The translations under genes were made by a program, and so were the position numbers. From Desulfonatronovibrionaceae bacterium (lineage in GTDB: Bacteria; Desulfobacterota; Desulfovibrionia; Desulfovibrionales; Desulfonatronovibrionaceae): a stretch of DNA of 49,420 nucleotides. The DNA is taken from the NCBI GenBank assembly GCA_046539845.1, contig JBKHGE010000014.1, positions 1-49,420 on the forward strand, given 5' to 3'. This document shows, in pieces, positions 19,959 through 28,368 of this stretch. The first letter of the stretch is position 1; every line of letters begins with the position of its first letter. The notes under the pieces are model-generated. The model was not told the DNA's origin. It did not search any database and worked only from the letters and a program-made list of their open reading frames with translations.

Positions 19959-21112
19959 AAAATATAGACCTTGGCAAGTATGATTTCGACTCCGAGACCG
20001 GGGACGCTCCGGGAGACATTCGCGAATTCAGCCCGGAGGACCAGTCCAGGCTGCGTATGAGCGGAGTGGATGTGGCTGAGAATATGCGCAGCGGGACCTA
20101 TATGCAGGTAGACCATTCCCGTTCGCACTGCCGGACCTGCAAGCCCGGCGTGGAGATATTAGATATCCGGGACGCCCTGGAAAGATACAACGGTCTGCCG
20201 GAGTATTATTGGCAGGCGGTGAACAAGGACAAGGACGAATTTACCCGGGCCGCGGCCGAGAAGATACACGGCGGATATTTCATCCGCACAGAGAAAGGGG
20301 CCCACATACAGGAGCCGGTGCAGTCCTGTCTGTTCATCAAGGGCCAGAATGTGGGCCAGAACGTTCACAATATTGTGGTTGTGGAGGAGGACTCGGAGCT
20401 GCATATTATTACCGGCTGCGCCACCTCGCATGAGGTCAAATCCGCTTTGCATCTGGGGATTTCCGAGTTTTACGTCAAAAAGGGCGGCCGTTTGACCTTT
20501 ACCATGGTCCACAACTGGGGGGAGGAGGTCATGGTCCGGCCTCGCACCGTGGGGATAGTGGAGGAGAATGGGGTGTTTTCCAGCAACTATATCCTGCTTA
20601 AGCCGGTTAAATCAGTACAAAGTTATCCGGCGGTGTACCTAAACGGCCGGGGCGGGGTGGCTAGGTTCAACTCCATAATTGTTGCCCCGCAGGGATCGCA
20701 CGTGAATTCCGGGAACAAGATAGTTTTAAACGCCCCTGAGACCAGGGGGGAGATCGTTTCCCGGACCATAACCACGGGCGGGGAGATAATCGCCCCGGCC
20801 ATGATCGAGGGCAATGCGGTTCCTGCCCGCGGTCATTTGGAGTGCAAGGGCCTTATCCTGAGCGACGGGGTTATTCACGCCGTGCCTGAGCTTAAGGGTA
20901 CCGTAACCGGGGTAGATCTGTCTCATGAGGCGGCTGTGGGCAAGATAGCCCAGGAGGAGATTGAATACCTCATGGCCCGGGGTCTGGATGAGGACGAGGC
21001 CACTTCCACCATTGTCCGCGGATTTTTGAACGTGGATATAATGGGCCTTCCGCAGGAGCTGCAAAAGAGCATAGAGCAGACCATAGAGGAAAACGAAAAA
21101 GATATGTTTTAG
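19946..21112 (+). CDS. sufB: SufB/SufD-like (SmsB) Fe-S scaffold protein
   Basis: 'GHLECKG', 'VPEL', 'LSHEAAVGKIAQEEIEYLMARGL'; overlaps the end of sufC. Confidence 0.9.
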   Translation: MSEIENIDLGKYDFDSETGDAPGDIREFSPEDQSRLRMSGVDVAENMRSGTYMQVDHSRSHCRTCKPGVEILDIRDALERYNGLPEYYWQAVNKDKDEFTRAAAEKIHGGYFIRTEKGAHIQEPVQSCLFIKGQNVGQNVHNIVVVEEDSELHIITGCATSHEVKSALHLGISEFYVKKGGRLTFTMVHNWGEEVMVRPRTVGIVEENGVFSSNYILLKPVKSVQSYPAVYLNGRGGVARFNSIIVAPQGSHVNSGNKIVLNAPETRGEIVSRTITTGGEIIAPAMIEGNAVPARGHLECKGLILSDGVIHAVPELKGTVTGVDLSHEAAVGKIAQEEIEYLMARGLDEDEATSTIVRGFLNVDIMGLPQELQKSIEQTIEENEKDMF

Positions 21113-21266
21113 TTGCCCGGATGGTTTTCGCTTCTCTTGTCCTTGAACCGGAGTATATTCCCCAAGAATCGGCCAGCCAAGAGGGCAGAGGGTTTTTAAA
21201 CAGGTCATTTAACCCGCAGGAACCGGAGTCCCTCCACCAGCGGGCGATTGGACAAAGGAGGTGTCG

Positions 21267-21716
21267 ATGTCCGGTTTCAAGGGGCATATGTTGTGGGCGG
21301 TCATTTTGGGCGGGATGGCCATGGGGATTTTGCTCTGGTTCGGTCTTGTTTCCCGCGAACCTGGAGTACTGATCGGCTTGGGGGCACTGGTGGTTTTGGG
21401 CGCCCTGTTTCCGGATATTGATACCGATTCCCGGGGACAAAGGTTTTTTTTTCTTATTCTGGCCGGGTTTGATGCAGCCCTTATCCTTAGCGGCCAGTAT
21501 ATATGGGCGGCAGTTCTGGGTTTTTTGGCCCTGTTTCCGGCCATGGGTCTTCACGGCGGATGGACCCATACGTGGTGGGCCATGCTGGCCGTACCCCTGC
21601 CCATCCTGATTTTGCCCCTGCTGCTTTTTTCTGCGGAACTCTCCCGAGTTTTTATGCTCTATGCAGCCATGGTATTCGGCTATTTCACCCATCTTGTCCT
21701 GGACAGGCGGTTTTGA
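21267..21716 (+). CDS. Membrane-bound metal-dependent hydrolase (YdjM-like)
   Basis: N-terminal 'GH', 'GALFPDID', 'HGGWTH', 'HLVLD' motifs; hydrophobic; AGGAGG RBS. Confidence 0.85.
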   Translation: MSGFKGHMLWAVILGGMAMGILLWFGLVSREPGVLIGLGALVVLGALFPDIDTDSRGQRFFFLILAGFDAALILSGQYIWAAVLGFLALFPAMGLHGGWTHTWWAMLAVPLPILILPLLLFSAELSRVFMLYAAMVFGYFTHLVLDRRF

Positions 21717-21928
21717 ATCTGGCCTGTGCCGGGCCGTGCAGGCGCAAACCAGGTTTGAGGAAACCGGTTATGGGGAAGAGAGTCAGTCTGCTGGGTTAAA
21801 AGAGGTGTTTTTGTTTCTCCCTGTACGCAAGCCAAGTTTTGAGTCCGGGCGCAAGGAAGCAAGCGCGCCTGTTATTAAAAACACCAAAAGGATCAAGGAA
21901 AAAAATGGCAGCAAATGTCAAAGAATAG

Positions 21929-22618
21929 TTAATTGTTTATCTTTTTGTGCAACACAAGCAGGATGCCCAATGCCAGTCCGATAACAGCAAAAGATGCGAT
22001 ACTGGGCTCAATAACCATGTTTTTTATCTCCCCGGCCAAGAGGCAGACCGCAAGAGTCCCCGGGAGCATGCCCACAACTGAGCCCCAAAAATAGTCTCGA
22101 AAATTTATATGCGTCAAAGCAGCGGCCATGTTGACCATGCCAAAGGCCATGGGTGAGTTGCGCATGATCAGCATGGACAAAAAGCCGCGTTTGCCCATTT
22201 TACGGCTCAAATTCTCGATTTTTTGCCCGGCTGCTATGTGCAGAAAACGCCGTCCCAGATAGCGGATCAGAACAAAGCAGACGATAGCGCTGGAGATATT
22301 GCAGAAATAGGCCAGGGCGAATCCTTTCCACGGCCCGAGCAAAAGGGCCAGGACAGTATTCAGAATAGATATGGGGAACATGGTCAGTCCGGCCAGGACA
22401 AATGCCCCGAAGGAGGCCATGATCAAAAGGGGCAGGGTATTTATGTCCCGGGCCCAGACCATGATCCCGGAGACATCCAGACGGTCTGCAAGCGGACTGA
22501 ATTTCCAGAAAAGGGCTGCAGTGATGAGTGCGGCCACAAACAGGATATAGATCAAAATGCCTGCATGGCGGCCGGTGATTCGCGCAACTGCTAAAAAAGT
22601 CTCAATTATTTTTTTCAT
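21929..22618 (-). CDS. TVP38/TMEM64 (VTT/DedA superfamily) membrane protein
   Basis: Hydrophobic 229 aa, 'MFPIS', 'RYLGR', 'MRNSPMAFGMVN', 'YFWGSVVGMLPG'. Confidence 0.85.
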   Translation of the reverse strand: MKKIIETFLAVARITGRHAGILIYILFVAALITAALFWKFSPLADRLDVSGIMVWARDINTLPLLIMASFGAFVLAGLTMFPISILNTVLALLLGPWKGFALAYFCNISSAIVCFVLIRYLGRRFLHIAAGQKIENLSRKMGKRGFLSMLIMRNSPMAFGMVNMAAALTHINFRDYFWGSVVGMLPGTLAVCLLAGEIKNMVIEPSIASFAVIGLALGILLVLHKKINN

Positions 22619-23915
22619 TCAGCCCCGGTTTGCTTTCTTTGGTCGAATATGGATAAACCGCGTTTATTATCGCGTTGGTCTTCTGGGTCAACAGGTCCCA
22701 TTCCACGTCCAGCGATTTTTGCAGGCTCTCCCAGGATTTCAGATCAAGTTTTTTGTCCTCCCGGCTGTGGTTCTCCACGGCCCGGAGATAGAGTGCTTCC
22801 AGGCTGCGCGAGCACTTTTCCCGGGTAAGACCCCGGGCGGTTTGTCTGGCATTTTCCCGCATGGCCCGGGTTTTATCCGGGGAGGAATAGATCCCGGCAA
22901 CTGCCCGGGCAAAGTCTTCAGTGCCGCTGCCTGCAGACAGAAGCCTTCCGTTTTCTCCGTCTTGCACCACGTCTCTTACTCCGGGGGCGTCCAGGGCGAC
23001 CACCGGAAGCCCGGCGGCCATGGCCTCGGCCACAACCAAGCCCTGGGTCTCGCTGAACGAGGAGAAGATAAAAACATCCATGGCTTTGTATACGCTGTAC
23101 AAATCCTCGCCGGTCTGGGTCCCGGCCAGAACCAGGCGGGATAAAAGTCCTTTTTCGGCAAATATATCCTGAAGCGTTTTTATCTCCGGGCCGTTTCCCA
23201 CCACCAGGAAGTAGGAATCCTTGTTCTTGGCCGCAAACTTGGCTGCGGCCCGGGCCAGAAACTCCAGGTTCTTTTCCGGGGCTAAACGTCCCAGATGCCC
23301 GATTACAAAGGCTTGTTCCGGGATGTTCAGCTCTTTTCTCTTTTGCCCGCCCTCGCCTTTATCGAACAGACCGGGGTCTATACCGGTGGGGATCACCGAG
23401 ATCGGGGTGTTGACTCCTCTTTGGGACAAAAGGTCGGCTATACTTTTGCTGGGGGCGACGACCCAGCTGCACATATTGGCATACAAGGTGGACAGGTTTA
23501 TAACAAAGCGCTTCAGGATCCGGGAGTCGAACGGTACATAGTGCGTGTATTCCTCGTAACGGGTGTGATGGGTGAAGATAAGCGGTACGTCATGCAGCCT
23601 GGATGCCCTGAGGGCGGTATCCCCAAGAAGAAAGGGGTGGTGGGTATGCATGATGTCCGGTTTGAAATCAGCCAGTCTGTCCTTGAGGTGGTAGGGCACC
23701 GGGATATGCACCGAGAAATCACTGCCGTTGAAGTTCTGGATGGCTGGCAGACGGTATACTCCTGTGTCTTCTTTGGGGTTGGTGTTCGGGAACTGGGGGG
23801 CGATGATCAAGACTTTGTGGCCAAATGCCCGCAGGTTCCGGCCGAAAGCATCCACGGATTTGGCCACTCCGCCCACATGGGGCAGATAGGTATTGGTGAA
23901 CATACATATTTTCAT
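22602..23915 (-). CDS. GT4 glycosyltransferase (diacylglycerol glucosyltransferase-like)
   Basis: 'MFTNTYLPHVGGV', 'HTHHPF', 'FTHHTRYEEYTHY', 'GRLAPEKN', EX7E 'ETQGLVVAE'. Confidence 0.92.
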   Translation of the reverse strand: MKICMFTNTYLPHVGGVAKSVDAFGRNLRAFGHKVLIIAPQFPNTNPKEDTGVYRLPAIQNFNGSDFSVHIPVPYHLKDRLADFKPDIMHTHHPFLLGDTALRASRLHDVPLIFTHHTRYEEYTHYVPFDSRILKRFVINLSTLYANMCSWVVAPSKSIADLLSQRGVNTPISVIPTGIDPGLFDKGEGGQKRKELNIPEQAFVIGHLGRLAPEKNLEFLARAAAKFAAKNKDSYFLVVGNGPEIKTLQDIFAEKGLLSRLVLAGTQTGEDLYSVYKAMDVFIFSSFSETQGLVVAEAMAAGLPVVALDAPGVRDVVQDGENGRLLSAGSGTEDFARAVAGIYSSPDKTRAMRENARQTARGLTREKCSRSLEALYLRAVENHSREDKKLDLKSWESLQKSLDVEWDLLTQKTNAIINAVYPYSTKESKPGLNEKNN

Positions 23916-26149
23916 GATTTTTGCAGCCGCACTGTAAATTCCTTTTCCTTCCGGGTTATTTCCCCGGGACTAAAGCCGGGGACTTGAATCTTACATTGTT
24001 CCGGGACTATAGGCAGGGTGCATTTTATGTGCAAGTCCCATTCTCCGGAGCACGGCTCAAAGACCATGGAGATGTCTCCGTGCGTAGTCGGAGTCGGCCC
24101 GAAGAAGAATTTTTGTCCCGAGGCGAGCCATTCCGGAAAGATTCCGCTACCCAGAATCAGGGTGCCGTTTTCTTCCCGGACGAACATATAACAGAGCATA
24201 AGGATCCATTCTGCGGCCGCCCAGCCGTGATGTCCGTCTCCCATGCAGCCGCCGCCGGTCCTGGGATGGATCGCCTCGGGCCATGTCCCGGTGGACGTAG
24301 CCAGGTCGGCCACCTTACGGACCAAAGGTTCGTGTCCGCCTTGGCGATTCCTTAAAAGCCCCTGGGCTATGCACAGGGTCAGGTACGGATTCTGTCCGGA
24401 GTGGATCATGTCCTGGAAAAAGGTGCCCTGGTAGAAGCAATCTGCGCATAGGTAATCAATGGTATTTACGATTGCCCGGTCTCCAGCCGGCCTAAGCTGT
24501 AGTGGATAGTCAGCGGCAAGAGAACCGACCGCACCTGCATCCATCCTGCGGTACGGAGAGGCCGGGATTATCTCCTGGCCCAGGCGGTCCATAGCGTATT
24601 GGAGACTTTTGTTGATGCATTCCTCCAGCTCCCGGGCCTGGGCCGCGGCCTGTTCCGCCTCCGGGGTCAGCCCGGCCCGCTTTAGGACGGGGGCGATGCC
24701 CTGAAGTCCGCCCTGGGCCCAGAAATTATCCCAGTAGTAATAGTCGTTCGGGCCCAGGTGCTCTGCACTGAATCCGGCCGGGAATAAACCGGACACAGGG
24801 CTGTCCCTGCGCCGGGAGAGACGTTTGCGTTTTATCCACCTGGCCCCCCGGGCCGCGGAGCGTAAAAGGTCTTCGGACAAGGCGAGGTCGCTTAACTCAG
24901 TAAAGACAGACATGATCCACAGGACCTGCCCGTTAGAGTCCCATTCCCCTTCCTGGGAATGGAAGAACCCGGTTTTTTTCTGTCGGGCGGGGAATCCTTC
25001 CAGGATACGCAGGGCCCTCCCGGTATGGCCCAGCCGGATGAGGGCGTTGAGCATGAGGCAGGCATCGCGGAACCAGAAGCGTTTATAGGTGTACGGTCCG
25101 GGGACAAAATCCCGGGCGGAAAGCAAGAGCAAACTGTATTCCGCTGCCTGGAACAGAAAATTTATTCCCTCCTCCGGTGTCCTGAGCTTGGCCGAATCCG
25201 AAGTCAGATCGAGCAGGTTGGTAGGCCTTTCCTCACCCGCCTGGGCCGCAGCCGGGATAAAAAAGTCCAGGGCGGCGTTATTTTTTTTTGTCTCGAATAC
25301 TGCAGCAGCGGTAGCCATGCCCACCCGGCAGGTTACGGATCTTTCCCCGTCTTCCTCGTTCAGACGGAAGAATACATCCCCTTTTTCATATTCGGAAAAC
25401 AGGACTTTTTCCGGCTCTCGGGGGAGGATTATCCCGGCCTGCCTGTTGATATCGAGTCTTAAATGCTCGGGGCGATATTTGATCCTTTCGATGAATTGGA
25501 TACCCTCCGGGTTGTAAGGCCTGACAGCCATGATCAGTCTGGAACCGGGCGGACTCGTGGCTATCCGCATGCACAGACTGGGGTTTTCCCCGGGTTTGGT
25601 TTGCAGGTAGGCCCGGGATTCCAAGCGGGCACCGTTTTTATCAAAACAGGTTCTGATTTCCGGTTGGGAAGAGAACTCCAGGCTCTGCGACACCTGCTCT
25701 TCCCGGCTGGGGAGTATTGTTTCCCCGTCCGGGGGCAAAAGCCAGAAGTCTATGGACCAGCTGTCGAAAAACGGGGTGATCAGTCCCCGGGGGTCAATAA
25801 TAGGGTAGTGATCGTCGTCCATAGTCCCCAGTGCTGTCCAGTTGCGGTGGGTGAGATTGATATGACTGAAGGAAAAGGCCCGGGGGATAAAGGAGCTGTC
25901 CGCCGGGTTGAATTGTTTTTGCACCCAGTAGGGCCATACCCAGTCCAGGTTGTGCTGAATGGCCTTGGTGTTGATCAGCCCCCTGGCGTGGAAGATTATC
26001 CCCGCCCGGATGAGCTCAATGGGCTCCTGGACTTCCGAGGGCTGGGAAAACCTCCTCAATCGGGCCAGAAGTGACAGCGGATCAACAGTGCCGTATGCCT
26101 TGGCGGTCTTTTTGGCGATGAGACGCCATGGGAGCCAGCGAAATATCAT
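23912..26149 (-). CDS. Uncharacterised six-hairpin (alpha/alpha)6 glycosidase-like protein
   Basis: 745 aa; 'YKRFWFRDAC', 'EWDSNGQVLW', 'SAEHLG..YYYWDNFW', 'WPEAI..GDGHHGWAAAE' resemble GH15/GH63/GDE-type barrels; family not pinned down. Confidence 0.7.
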   Translation of the reverse strand: MIFRWLPWRLIAKKTAKAYGTVDPLSLLARLRRFSQPSEVQEPIELIRAGIIFHARGLINTKAIQHNLDWVWPYWVQKQFNPADSSFIPRAFSFSHINLTHRNWTALGTMDDDHYPIIDPRGLITPFFDSWSIDFWLLPPDGETILPSREEQVSQSLEFSSQPEIRTCFDKNGARLESRAYLQTKPGENPSLCMRIATSPPGSRLIMAVRPYNPEGIQFIERIKYRPEHLRLDINRQAGIILPREPEKVLFSEYEKGDVFFRLNEEDGERSVTCRVGMATAAAVFETKKNNAALDFFIPAAAQAGEERPTNLLDLTSDSAKLRTPEEGINFLFQAAEYSLLLLSARDFVPGPYTYKRFWFRDACLMLNALIRLGHTGRALRILEGFPARQKKTGFFHSQEGEWDSNGQVLWIMSVFTELSDLALSEDLLRSAARGARWIKRKRLSRRRDSPVSGLFPAGFSAEHLGPNDYYYWDNFWAQGGLQGIAPVLKRAGLTPEAEQAAAQARELEECINKSLQYAMDRLGQEIIPASPYRRMDAGAVGSLAADYPLQLRPAGDRAIVNTIDYLCADCFYQGTFFQDMIHSGQNPYLTLCIAQGLLRNRQGGHEPLVRKVADLATSTGTWPEAIHPRTGGGCMGDGHHGWAAAEWILMLCYMFVREENGTLILGSGIFPEWLASGQKFFFGPTPTTHGDISMVFEPCSGEWDLHIKCTLPIVPEQCKIQVPGFSPGEITRKEKEFTVRLQKS

Positions 26150-26260
26150 GAAATAATCTGCAAATGATTTGGTTTCAGCTTTTTGTTAGGCCGTCCTCTC
26201 AGGCGGCTGCAGGGTTTCGGATTAAAGCCGGGCCCTTGGACCGGACCGAGGCAAGTGGTT

Positions 26261-26683
26261 TTAGATATGGACCGTGAGGATGTTTTCATCGTTTTCCCGT
26301 GTGTATTCCACCCCTTGGCTCAACTCCCGGACCAGGTGGATGCCCAAACCGCCGATCTGTCGATCTTCAAGCGGGATCTCCGTATCCGGGGGATCCTTTT
26401 GCAGGGGGTTGAATTCCTCTCCGCTGTCTACGAACCTGATCGTCCTTGATCCATCCCTGTTTACCCTCCAACCCACATGGACCGGTCCGGTTGTCGCTCC
26501 CTGGTATGCGTGGCGGACTATATTGAGCATAATCTCCTCCAGGATGAGCCTAATCTTGGAGCATTGCTCTGGATCTGTGTCTTCGTCCGCCAGTTCCTTG
26601 GATACCTTTTCCAGGGCGCTGTCCATCTGCGGCCTGTTCGCCGGGAAATGGACCCAGGTAAAGGATTTGTTGTCCTCAGGCAA
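26261..26683 (-). CDS. RsbW/SpoIIAB-like anti-sigma factor Ser/Thr kinase
   Basis: 'EEIMLNIVRHAY', 'DSGEEFNP', 'GGLGIHLV'; TTG start at 26683 with GGAG, overlapping the STAS gene end. Confidence 0.88.
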   Translation of the reverse strand: MPEDNKSFTWVHFPANRPQMDSALEKVSKELADEDTDPEQCSKIRLILEEIMLNIVRHAYQGATTGPVHVGWRVNRDGSRTIRFVDSGEEFNPLQKDPPDTEIPLEDRQIGGLGIHLVRELSQGVEYTRENDENILTVHI

Positions 26684-27002
26684 GCGCGCTCTCCAGGGTG
26701 TCGTGTATCGGAAACAAAGAACCGAACCCGGAGATATCAAAGACTTCCTTGACCATCCCCCGTAGGTTGCAGAAGGCAAAGCTCCCGCCGTCCGCCTTGA
26801 GCTTTTTGCCTACAGCCAGGATGCTGCGCAGTCCGGCTGAGCTGATGTATTCCAGCCCGGAGAGATCGACTATGATATGCAAAGAGCCCTTATTGATGAG
26901 CTCTGTACATTTTTTTTCAAATTCCGAGGAAGTGGTGGCGTCCATTCGGCCCGAGGCCTTGAGAATTGTTTTGTCGCTTTGCTGTTCAGTCGTAAATTCC
27001 AT
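26676..27002 (-). CDS. STAS-domain anti-sigma factor antagonist (RsbV/SpoIIAA-like)
   Basis: 'GRMDA', 'DLSGLEYISSAGLR' containing the phosphoacceptor Ser, 'VFDISGF'; GAGGT RBS. Confidence 0.92.
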   Translation of the reverse strand: MEFTTEQQSDKTILKASGRMDATTSSEFEKKCTELINKGSLHIIVDLSGLEYISSAGLRSILAVGKKLKADGGSFAFCNLRGMVKEVFDISGFGSLFPIHDTLESALA

Positions 27003-27140
27003 GTCGCGTACCTCTTGGTTTTTTGGGTTTGGCCTTTGCAAGGTCTGGGTGTCCTGCGGTGCTTGCGCATGAGTCCAGTGCCCTTAATTTAACTATAACC
27101 CGGGGCAAAAGACAACCGTGCAGTTAACAAAGGCAATTTT

Positions 27141-28358
27141 CTATTCCCGGAATTTTTTGTCCCGTTTTTGGAGCCAATTCAAAAGCATAGGTTCCCGGCC
27201 CTGGTCTTTGGGCTGGTAAAATCTGCGCCCGGCCAGCTCTGCGGGCAGATATTCCTGGGCGATCCAGGCTCCGGGATAGGAATGCGGATATTTGTAACCC
27301 TGACCGTAGCCCCACTCCTTTTGTAGGCTAGTGGAGGCGTTACGCAGATGCAAGGGCACCGGTCGCGGCCCGTTCAGTCTGACCTCTTTTTGCGCAGCCA
27401 GGTAAGCGGCGTAGCTGGAGTTGGATTTCGGGGCCAAGGCCAGATAGACCACGGTTTCAGCCAAAGGGATGAATCCTTCGGGCATGCCGACCATTTCCAC
27501 AGCCTGCTGACAGGAAACCGCCATGGTCAGGGCCTGCGGATCGCCTAGTCCGACATCCTCCGAGGCGGACAAAATCAGTCTGCGGCATACAAAACGGGGA
27601 TCTTCTCCACTTTCCACAAGGCTGGCCAGATAATACAGGGCTGCATCCGGATCGCTTCCCCGGATGGATTTTATGAGCGCGGAGGCCAACTCGTAGTGCT
27701 GGTCTCCATCCCGGTCCCCACGGATGACCACCTCAGGCAGCTCTGCTTTGAGATTGTCCGGGGCCCATTTTTCCTCCTCCAGCTCTGAGGTGTATTCAAC
27801 CAAGTTGAGCAGGGTACGGGCGTCTCCGCCGGAGACAGAAGTCAAAAGCTCCAGGCTCTCCCGGGGCAGTGCAACTCCCAGGGTTTTGGCCCCTTTTTCA
27901 GCTATTTCCTGAAGTTCCGCCTGGTTAAGTGCCCGGAGGCGCAAAACGTTCAGCCGGGACAAAAGCTGTCTGGTGACGCTGAAAGAAGGGTTTTCAGTGC
28001 TGGTGGCCAAGAGGGTGAGTTCGCCCTTTTCCAAAAGGGGCAGGAAAAAATCCTGCTGGGCCTTGGAATAACGGTGCAGCTCGTCCAGAATCAAGATGTC
28101 CAGCCCGCTTATTTTCTTACGCAATGCGGAAATGCCGATCTCCGGGGCGCTGTAACGGGCGAATTCCAGACCCGAGGCCCGGGCCAGAAGCAAAGCCAGT
28201 GTGGACTTACCGCATCCCGGAGGGCCGAAGAAAAGGGTACTTTGGACCTGCCTGTTCTGTAAAACGGCCTTGAGCCTGGATTTGAGGTGGCTCTGACCGG
28301 TAAACTCGTCCAGTCGGTCCGGTCTGATCTTCTCCGCTAGCGGTCGGTTTCCGGACAA
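27141..28358 (-). CDS. rarA: Replication-associated recombination protein A (MgsA/RarA)
   Basis: 'PLAEKIRP', 'GPPGCGKS', 'DELHRYSKAQQD', 'ENPSF', 'KSIRGSDPDAA', 'VPLHLRNA'. Confidence 0.96.
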   Translation of the reverse strand: MSGNRPLAEKIRPDRLDEFTGQSHLKSRLKAVLQNRQVQSTLFFGPPGCGKSTLALLLARASGLEFARYSAPEIGISALRKKISGLDILILDELHRYSKAQQDFFLPLLEKGELTLLATSTENPSFSVTRQLLSRLNVLRLRALNQAELQEIAEKGAKTLGVALPRESLELLTSVSGGDARTLLNLVEYTSELEEEKWAPDNLKAELPEVVIRGDRDGDQHYELASALIKSIRGSDPDAALYYLASLVESGEDPRFVCRRLILSASEDVGLGDPQALTMAVSCQQAVEMVGMPEGFIPLAETVVYLALAPKSNSSYAAYLAAQKEVRLNGPRPVPLHLRNASTSLQKEWGYGQGYKYPHSYPGAWIAQEYLPAELAGRRFYQPKDQGREPMLLNWLQKRDKKFRE

Positions 28359-28368
28359 ATCTGTACCT

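Noticed and set aside
25281..25289. Homopolymer runs in CDS (T9 here; C8 at 1692-1699)
   Set aside because: Short, in frame, encoding ordinary Lys or Gly runs; no evidence of phase variation
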